DNA from: Candidatus Falkowbacteria bacterium
Lineage (GTDB): Bacteria; Patescibacteriota; Patescibacteriia; JAACEG01
Direction of reading: 5' to 3'
Length of the DNA: 64,000 bases
NCBI GenBank assembly: GCA_018651725.1
Contig: JABIDK010000014.1
Location: 70,625-134,624, forward strand
Program-made: the position numbers and the translations under genes
The notes under the pieces: model-generated
Databases searched by the model: none
What the model was told of the DNA's origin: nothing
What the model saw: the letters and a program-made list of their open reading frames with translations, nothing else
Shown here: piece by piece, positions 57,985 through 64,000 of the stretch
Numbering within the stretch: the stretch's first letter is position 1
Layout of the letters: each line of letters begins with the position of its first letter

Positions 57985-58395
57985 ATGTTAGCACCTAAGA
58001 AAACAAAATATAGAAAAGCCTTTAAAGGAAGAAGACGCGGAAGAGATTTGGCTACTGCCGGGACAGAGGTGTCTTTTGGTGAGTATGGGTTAAAAGCTCA
58101 ATCAGCAAGTTGGATTACTTCTCGCCAAATTGAATCAGCCAGAAGAACAATGACTAATTTTCTTAAGCGTAAGGGAAAAATGTGGATAAGAATTTTCCCC
58201 GATAAACCGGTAACAGCTAAAAGTGCTGAGGTCCCGATGGGTTCAGGAAAAGGAGCGGTTGATCATTATGTGGCGATTGTAAAGAGTGGAATGATTTTAT
58301 TTGAAATGTCAGGGATAGAAGAAAGTGAAGCCAGAAAAGCAATGAAACTCGCAGAATATAAATTACCGGTTAAATGTAAATTTATTGTTAAATAA
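57985..58395 (+). CDS. rplP: Ribosomal protein L16
   Basis: 136 aa. [11 protein letters not shown]. Confidence 0.95.
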   Translation: MLAPKKTKYRKAFKGRRRGRDLATAGTEVSFGEYGLKAQSASWITSRQIESARRTMTNFLKRKGKMWIRIFPDKPVTAKSAEVPMGSGKGAVDHYVAIVKSGMILFEMSGIEESEARKAMKLAEYKLPVKCKFIVK

Positions 58396-58410
58396 ACAAA
58401 ATAGTATTAT

Positions 58411-58593
58411 ATGGATATCAAAGAAATAAAAAATAAATCAAAAAAATCATTAGATATATTATTGGCTGATAAAAGGGAGAAATTACGAGAAATGCGTTTT
58501 AAGGTTAGTAATCGTCAGCTTAAAGATGTAAAAAGTATTGATAAAATGAAAAAAGATATTGCTCGAATTTTAACTGTGAAAAATAACATATAA
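58411..58593 (+). CDS. rpmC: Ribosomal protein L29
   Basis: 60 aa, helical, in the conserved position. Confidence 0.85.
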   Translation: MDIKEIKNKSKKSLDILLADKREKLREMRFKVSNRQLKDVKSIDKMKKDIARILTVKNNI

Positions 58594-58599
58594 ATATAT

Positions 58600-58845
58600 A
58601 TGGAAAATAAAAAAACAATCAAAAGAACGTTTAGCGGTGTAGTAACTTCAGATAAAATGGATAAAACCATTGTAGTTAAAATTGATAGGGTTAAAGTACA
58701 TCCTAAATATAAAAAAAGATATACAGTAAGTAAAAGTTATAAAGTGCATGATGAAAAAAATAAGTTTAAAACAGGAAGTAAAGTAACTTTTACAGAATGT
58801 CGACCATTAAGCAAAGATAAAAGATGGAGAGTAATTTATAATTAA
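58600..58845 (+). CDS. rpsQ: Ribosomal protein S17
   Basis: 81 aa. GVVTSDKMDKTIVV is S17. Confidence 0.9.
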   Translation: MENKKTIKRTFSGVVTSDKMDKTIVVKIDRVKVHPKYKKRYTVSKSYKVHDEKNKFKTGSKVTFTECRPLSKDKRWRVIYN

Positions 58846-58851
58846 TTTTTT

Positions 58852-59223
58852 ATGATTCAACACAGAACAATGCTAAAATCAGCTGATAACAGTGGAGCCA
58901 AAAAGCTCCAGTGTATTGGTTTGCCTGGAGGAACAGGAATTAGGTATGGAAGAATTGGCAGTATTGTAAAAGTTTCTGTAAAAGAAGCTCAGCCACACAG
59001 CTCTGTAAAAAAAGGTGAAGTATTAGATGCTGTGCTTGTAAGAAGCAGAAAAGAAACCAGAAGAAAAGACGGCACTTATATTCGTTTTGATGAAAACGCT
59101 GTTGTAATAGTTGATAAAAAAAATAAAGAACCAAAAGCAACGCGTATTTTTGGTCCGGTTGCTAGAGAATTAAGAGATATGGGATTTACAAAAATTGTTT
59201 CCCTAGCTCCCGAGGTACTGTAA
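58852..59223 (+). CDS. rplN: Ribosomal protein L14
   Basis: 123 aa. MIQ..T.L..ADNSGAK. Confidence 0.95.
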   Translation: MIQHRTMLKSADNSGAKKLQCIGLPGGTGIRYGRIGSIVKVSVKEAQPHSSVKKGEVLDAVLVRSRKETRRKDGTYIRFDENAVVIVDKKNKEPKATRIFGPVARELRDMGFTKIVSLAPEVL

Positions 59224-59239
59224 AACAAATAATTATTAT

Positions 59240-59548
59240 ATGAAAATCAAAAAAGGAGACAAGGTAAAAATAATCAATGGAAAAGATCGCGGTAAAAGCG
59301 GTAAAGTTTTGAAAGTGTCCAAAACAGCAGGAAAGATTTCCGTAGAAGGGTTGAATCTAAGAGTTAAGCATATGCGCCCTAAAAAGCAAGGAGAAAAAGG
59401 ACAAAGAATTCAATTTCCAGCCGGAATAGATGTTTCAAATGTAAAATTAGTTTGTCCGAAGTGCAGTAAAGATGCTCGTATTGCTTATAAAGTATTAGAA
59501 GATAAAAATAAAGTAAGAATTTGCAAAAAATGCAAGGAGATAATATAA
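59240..59548 (+). CDS. rplX: Ribosomal protein L24 carrying a CxxC-x17-CxxC zinc ribbon in place of the usual C-terminal beta-hairpin
   Basis: KOW core MKIKKGDKVKIINGKDRGKSGKVLKV. The C-terminus reads VCPKCSKDARIAYKVLEDKNKVRICKKCKEII. Confidence 0.9.
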   Translation: MKIKKGDKVKIINGKDRGKSGKVLKVSKTAGKISVEGLNLRVKHMRPKKQGEKGQRIQFPAGIDVSNVKLVCPKCSKDARIAYKVLEDKNKVRICKKCKEII

Positions 59549-59555
59549 AAAAAGT

Positions 59556-60095
59556 ATGACTTTTAAAGAAAACTACAATAAAGAAATAATACCAGCTATA
59601 AAGAAAGAGTTTGGTTACAAAAATGATTTAGAAGCGCCAAAGCTAGAAAAAGTTACTATTAATGTTGGTCTTGGTAGTGATATTAATGATTCAAATTTTG
59701 TTAAACTGGTTGAAAAAACACTAACAACAATTGCCGGGCAAAAACCAATTAGAAATAAAGCAAGAAAATCCATTGCCGGATTTAAAATTAGAGAAGGAAT
59801 GACAGTCGGAGTATCTGTTACTTTAAGGAATAAAAAAATGTATGATTTTGTTGATAAATTAATAAATATTTCTTTACCGCGTGTCCGTGATTTTAGAGGA
59901 ATTTCTTTAAAAAGCGTTGATGAAAATGGAAATTTAAGTATTGGTATTAAGGAGTATATAATATTTCCGGAAATTCATATGGATGATGTTGAAAAAATAC
60001 ACGGCCTTCAGATGGTAATCACGACAACCGCAAAGACAAAAAAAGAAGGAACAGCATTATTTAAATTACTGGGAGTTCCATTCAAGAAAAAATAA
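59556..60095 (+). CDS. rplE: Ribosomal protein L5
   Basis: 179 aa. Confidence 0.95.
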   Translation: MTFKENYNKEIIPAIKKEFGYKNDLEAPKLEKVTINVGLGSDINDSNFVKLVEKTLTTIAGQKPIRNKARKSIAGFKIREGMTVGVSVTLRNKKMYDFVDKLINISLPRVRDFRGISLKSVDENGNLSIGIKEYIIFPEIHMDDVEKIHGLQMVITTTAKTKKEGTALFKLLGVPFKKK

Positions 60096-60104
60096 AATAT
60101 TTTT

Positions 60105-60290
60105 ATGGCTACAAAAGCACAGATAGTAAAATCAAATAAAAAACCGAAATTTTCCACTCGAAAAGTTAACAGATGTTGGAAGTGTGGACGTAATAGAAGT
60201 TATATGAGAAAGTTTGAGCTTTGTCGGATTTGTTTTAGGGAGCTGGCAAGAGACGGAGAAATTACCGGAATAAAAAAATCAAGTTGGTAG
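60105..60290 (+). CDS. rpsZ: Ribosomal protein S14, zinc-binding type Z
   Basis: 61 aa. CWKCGR...CRICFRE. Confidence 0.9.
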   Translation: MATKAQIVKSNKKPKFSTRKVNRCWKCGRNRSYMRKFELCRICFRELARDGEITGIKKSSW

Positions 60291-60328
60291 ATTTTGTAAA
60301 ATAATTAATAAATAAATTAATAAAAAAT

Positions 60329-60706
60329 ATGACTGATCCAATAGCAGATATGTTAACAAGAATGAGGAATGCTTTGGCCACTAAAAAGGCCAAGGTTGTT
60401 ATTCCTATGTCTAAAATAAAATTGGATATAGCAAAAATTTTAGAGCGTGATGGTTGGATTGAAAAAATGAAAAAAGAAGACGATCAGATTATTGTTAAAC
60501 TTAAATATAATAAAGAGGATCCAGTAATTACTCTTTTGAAGAGAATCAGCAAGCCGGGATGTAGAATCTATGCTAAGAGTAAAGAGATGCCGATAGTTCT
60601 GGATCATTTAGGAATCGCAATTATTTCAACACCCCAAGGTTTAATGACTAACAAAGAAGCAAAAAGAAAAAAAGTGGGAGGAGAAGTTTTGTGTGAAATA
60701 TATTAA
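60329..60706 (+). CDS. rpsH: Ribosomal protein S8
   Basis: 125 aa. MTDPIADMLTRMRNA. Confidence 0.95.
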   Translation: MTDPIADMLTRMRNALATKKAKVVIPMSKIKLDIAKILERDGWIEKMKKEDDQIIVKLKYNKEDPVITLLKRISKPGCRIYAKSKEMPIVLDHLGIAIISTPQGLMTNKEAKRKKVGGEVLCEIY

Positions 60707-60720
60707 ATAACCAATTTTTT

Positions 60721-61266
60721 ATGTCTAGAATAGGAAAACAACCAATAACAGTACCGGACGGAGTAGAGATTACAATCTCTGACAAAGTTGTTATTGCTAA
60801 AAATTCAAAAGGAGAATTAACATTAATGCTTAATTCTTATGTTAAAGTTGAGCAAAAAGATAAAGAAATTATCGTAAGTATAAAAGACGAAAACAATAAA
60901 AAGCAAAAAGCTTTTTGGGGTTTAACCAGAACACTTATTTTTAATATGATAGAAGGATTAACAAAAGGATTTGAAAAAACTTTGGAAGTTAATGGGGTTG
61001 GTTATAAAGTTGCGCTTGCTGGGAATAAATTAACTTTAAATGTTGGTTATTCTCAACCGGTTGATTTTGAAATCCCGCAAGGTTTAACAGCAAAAGTAGA
61101 AGGAAATAAAATAACTTTAAGCGGAACAGACAAACAACTGGTTGGACAGACAGCAGCCAAAATAAGAAAAGTAAGAAAACCTGAGCCGTACAAAGGTAAG
61201 GGTATTAAATATATAGACGAAATAATAAGAAGAAAAGCCGGTAAAGCCGCTAAAGCAAGCGAATAA
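60721..61266 (+). CDS. rplF: Ribosomal protein L6
   Basis: 181 aa. MSRIGK.PI.VP.GV. Confidence 0.95.
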   Translation: MSRIGKQPITVPDGVEITISDKVVIAKNSKGELTLMLNSYVKVEQKDKEIIVSIKDENNKKQKAFWGLTRTLIFNMIEGLTKGFEKTLEVNGVGYKVALAGNKLTLNVGYSQPVDFEIPQGLTAKVEGNKITLSGTDKQLVGQTAAKIRKVRKPEPYKGKGIKYIDEIIRRKAGKAAKASE

Positions 61267-61270
61267 ATAT

Positions 61271-61636
61271 ATGAAAGACAAAAACACAATTAAACAAGAG
61301 ACAAGATTAAGAAGACACGGTAAGGTGCGTTCAAAAATTTTTGGAGATAGCCAGCGTCCTCGTTTGTCTGTTTTTAGAAGCAATAAATATATATTCCTTC
61401 AATTAATAGATGATAAAAACGGAAAAACTTTAGCCAGCGTTAAAGACAGTGAAATTAAAAATATTCAGAAAATAAAAGGGAAAGTAAAAAGAGCGTATGA
61501 AGCAGGAAAGCTATTAGCTGAAAAAGCAAAAAAAGCAGACATTAAAAATGTTGTTTTTGACAGAGGCGGATATAAATATCACGGCAGAGTGAAAGCCGTT
61601 GCTGAAGGAGCTAGAGAAAATGGATTAAAATTTTAA
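61271..61636 (+). CDS. rplR: Ribosomal protein L18
   Basis: 121 aa. [14 protein letters not shown]. Confidence 0.9.
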   Translation: MKDKNTIKQETRLRRHGKVRSKIFGDSQRPRLSVFRSNKYIFLQLIDDKNGKTLASVKDSEIKNIQKIKGKVKRAYEAGKLLAEKAKKADIKNVVFDRGGYKYHGRVKAVAEGARENGLKF

Positions 61637-61674
61637 GATTTAGACTTATTATATAATAAGCTATTACTACTATT

Positions 61675-62235
61675 ATGCAGAGAAAAAATAGAAAACAAAA
61701 ATTTAAAAGACAAGAAAAAGAATTTGATCAACAAATTGTTGATTTGGCAAGAGTTACTCGTGTTATGGCAGGAGGTAAACGTTTGCGATTTAGAGCAACT
61801 GTTGTTATTGGTGATAGAAAGAAGAGAGTTGGGATAGGAACCGGTAAGGGAAAAGATGTTAGTTTGGCTATTTCTAAGGCTGTAAAAGTTGCTGAAAAAA
61901 ATATAATGAATACTCCGATAGTAGAAGGAACCATCCCTTGCCAAATAACAGAAAAATTTGGAGCAGCAAAGATTTTGTTAAAATCGGCTAAAGAAGGAAC
62001 CGGTATTATTGCCGGTGGAGCAGTTAGAACAGTGCTTGAGTTAAGCGGATTACAAAATGTAGTTGGAAAAATTTACGGATCAAAAAATAAAATTAATAAC
62101 GTTAAGGCAACTATAAACGCTCTTCAGAAAGTGTCAAAAATGATAGAAAAAAGAGAAGAGATACTTAAAAAAGCAAAAAAACAAAAAGATATTAAAAATA
62201 AAGAAGAAATTAAAAAAGACGAAGAAAAGAAATAA
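61675..62235 (+). CDS. rpsE: Ribosomal protein S5 with a K/E-rich C-terminal extension
   Basis: 186 aa. S5 dsRBD-like and C-terminal domains (GRRFRFRA-type RLRFRATVVIGD). Confidence 0.9.
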   Translation: MQRKNRKQKFKRQEKEFDQQIVDLARVTRVMAGGKRLRFRATVVIGDRKKRVGIGTGKGKDVSLAISKAVKVAEKNIMNTPIVEGTIPCQITEKFGAAKILLKSAKEGTGIIAGGAVRTVLELSGLQNVVGKIYGSKNKINNVKATINALQKVSKMIEKREEILKKAKKQKDIKNKEEIKKDEEKK

Positions 62236-62253
62236 TAATGTTAAAATATTTAT

Positions 62254-62709
62254 ATGAAACTCGGTTTACACAATTTACAAACAAAAAAAGGAGCAATTAA
62301 AAAGAAGAAAAGAGTTGGTCGAGGAAATGCTTCTGGACACGGTACTTATAGCACCAGAGGTCTAAAAGGGCAGCGGTCTCGTTCCGGTGGAAAGGGCGGA
62401 CTTAAACGTTTAGGTTTAAAGTCTTTGATTTTGTCTACTCCTAAAAAGAAAGGTTTTAAAAGTGCTAGACCTAAAAATCAAGTTGTTAATTTAAGTGATT
62501 TGAATAATAAATTTAAGGATGGATCATCGATAAACGCTGAATCTTTGCTTAAGGCAAAATTAATCAAGGACGCTAAAGCACCAATAAAAGTTCTTGGAAC
62601 AGGTGAATTAAAGTTGAAAAAAATAGAAATTAATGGTATAAAGATAAGTAATACCGTTAAAGAACAAGTTGAAAAATTAGGCGGAAAAGTTCTATGTTCA
62701 AAAAAATAA
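62254..62709 (+). CDS. rplO: Ribosomal protein L15; it follows rpsE directly with no rpmD in between
   Basis: 151 aa. L15 G/R-rich N-terminus. The rpsE-rplO gap is only 18 nt. Confidence 0.9.
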   Translation: MKLGLHNLQTKKGAIKKKKRVGRGNASGHGTYSTRGLKGQRSRSGGKGGLKRLGLKSLILSTPKKKGFKSARPKNQVVNLSDLNNKFKDGSSINAESLLKAKLIKDAKAPIKVLGTGELKLKKIEINGIKISNTVKEQVEKLGGKVLCSKK

Positions 62710-63971
62710 TCCAAATTTGGAAAATAAAAGATTTACGAAACAGTATACTGTTTGTTCTTGCCATGCTGGTTATTTTTCGTGTGGCTGCTCAGATTCCGAT
62801 TGCCGGAGTTAATGTTAGTGCTTTAAAAGATTATTTTGATAACAATCAGTTTTTAGGTTTAGTTAATATTTTTACCGGTGGAGGTATGAGTAATTTTTCA
62901 GTTGTGATGCTTGGGATTGGACCTTACATTACCTCTTCAATTATCTTTCAACTTTTAACAATGATTGTGCCACGACTTGAAGAGATGAACAAAGAAGAAG
63001 CCGGAAGAAGAAAAATAAATCAATATACTCGTTTAGCAACCGTGCCTTTAGCCATTCTTCAGGCTTACGGAATGATTACTTTACTTCAAAAAACTTCCAG
63101 TGTTCCGATTATTACCGATTTAACTCTTTTTAAATACTTTACAATGATCGCAACGATTGTCTCCGGAACAATGTTCTTGGTTTGGTTAGGAGAACTTATC
63201 TCTGAAAAGAAAATCGGGAACGGTATTTCCATTATGATTTTTGCCGGTATTGTGTCTAGTATTCCAACAGCAGTTGGACAAAAAATAGCTACATTTGATG
63301 CAACTCAAATTACAACTTTAATTGCTTTCGCCGCTATTGCCGTATTCACTACCGCTTTTATTATCTTTATAAACGAAGGACAAAGAAATGTCCCTGTTTC
63401 TTATGCTAAGCGAGTGCGTGGAATGAAAATGTACGGCGGAATGGATACTCACTTGCCTCTGAAGGTTAATCAAGCCGGAATGATTCCAATTATCTTTGCA
63501 ATTTCCATTATTATGTTTCCGCCAATGGTGGCTCAACTTCTCTCACGATCAAGCAGTGCTTTTATCCAAAGTGCCTCTACTTTTGTGATTGATTTGCTTT
63601 CTCCCGGAACATTTTTCTACGGATTAATTTATTTTGTCTTAGTGGTTGCTTTTACATATTTTTATACTTCAATTATATTTCATCCAAATCAAATCGCAGA
63701 AAACTTACAAAAACAAGGCGCTTTTATCCCTGGAATTCGTCCGGGAAAAATGACCGAAGAATATTTGGCGAACACTGTTCATAGAATAGTATTTACTGGA
63801 GCTCTTTTCTTAGGTTTAGTCGCAATTTTACCTCTTCTTTTACAGTTTATAACTAAAGACCCGTCTTTAAGTATCAGCGGAGCTAGTCTTTTAATTGTGG
63901 TTGGAGTAGTAATTGAATCAATGAAACAAATAGATTCTCAATTAACAATGAGAGATTACGAAGGATTTTAA
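62694..63971 (+). CDS. secY: Preprotein translocase subunit SecY
   Basis: 425 aa with 10 transmembrane segments and conserved SecY blocks. It overlaps the rplO end by 16 nt. Confidence 0.95.
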   Translation: MFKKIIQIWKIKDLRNSILFVLAMLVIFRVAAQIPIAGVNVSALKDYFDNNQFLGLVNIFTGGGMSNFSVVMLGIGPYITSSIIFQLLTMIVPRLEEMNKEEAGRRKINQYTRLATVPLAILQAYGMITLLQKTSSVPIITDLTLFKYFTMIATIVSGTMFLVWLGELISEKKIGNGISIMIFAGIVSSIPTAVGQKIATFDATQITTLIAFAAIAVFTTAFIIFINEGQRNVPVSYAKRVRGMKMYGGMDTHLPLKVNQAGMIPIIFAISIIMFPPMVAQLLSRSSSAFIQSASTFVIDLLSPGTFFYGLIYFVLVVAFTYFYTSIIFHPNQIAENLQKQGAFIPGIRPGKMTEEYLANTVHRIVFTGALFLGLVAILPLLLQFITKDPSLSISGASLLIVVGVVIESMKQIDSQLTMRDYEGF

Positions 63972-64000
63972 AATATAGTTAAAAGTTTGAAAAGTCGAAA

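Overview
This window looks like a 64-kb, low-GC (about 30-35% by eye) stretch of a Candidate Phyla Radiation (CPR, also called Patescibacteria) genome. The evidence is near-total + strand coding, a compact str/S10/spc ribosomal superoperon that ends in secY and has no L30 gene between rpsE and rplO, several ribosomal proteins with K/E-rich tails, a type IV pilus cluster, and ComEC. Gene order runs as follows. An SEDS-family FtsW/RodA, then a ComEC split into two ORFs. A purL-purM-pyrD-pyrC nucleotide biosynthesis block whose purL/purM part is noticeably GC-richer than its surroundings. secE-nusG-rplK-rplA, rpsO-pnp with leader hairpins, argS, and a XerC/D-type recombinase. A complete diversity-generating retroelement (DGR), which is the stand-out system and is described next. 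Two tRNAs (Arg-TCT and His-GTG) bracketing an HNH endonuclease. rarA, a cyclophilin lipoprotein, and a minus-strand tandem zinc-ribbon protein. A pilB-pilC-pilin cluster. A Cache/PAS histidine kinase, a hemerythrin and a receiver protein. thrS, a PP2C phosphatase flanked by identical terminator copies, an M50 protease, and finally rpsL-rpsG-fusA-tuf-rpsJ...rplO-secY. The DGR consists of a 658-aa target protein with a GC-rich C-terminal variable repeat (VR), a template repeat (TR) that differs from the VR only at TR adenines, a minus-strand Avd-like four-helix-bundle gene, and a reverse transcriptase (RT) with a YADD motif. The Avd gene carries a (TC)11 dinucleotide microsatellite in its 5' coding region, which could act as a slippage-based ON/OFF switch. 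Other observations worth a second look are heptanucleotide repeats in two prepilin leader peptides, a zinc-ribbon (Cys-containing) form of ribosomal protein L24, and a 212-nt structured gap between rpsJ and rplC.
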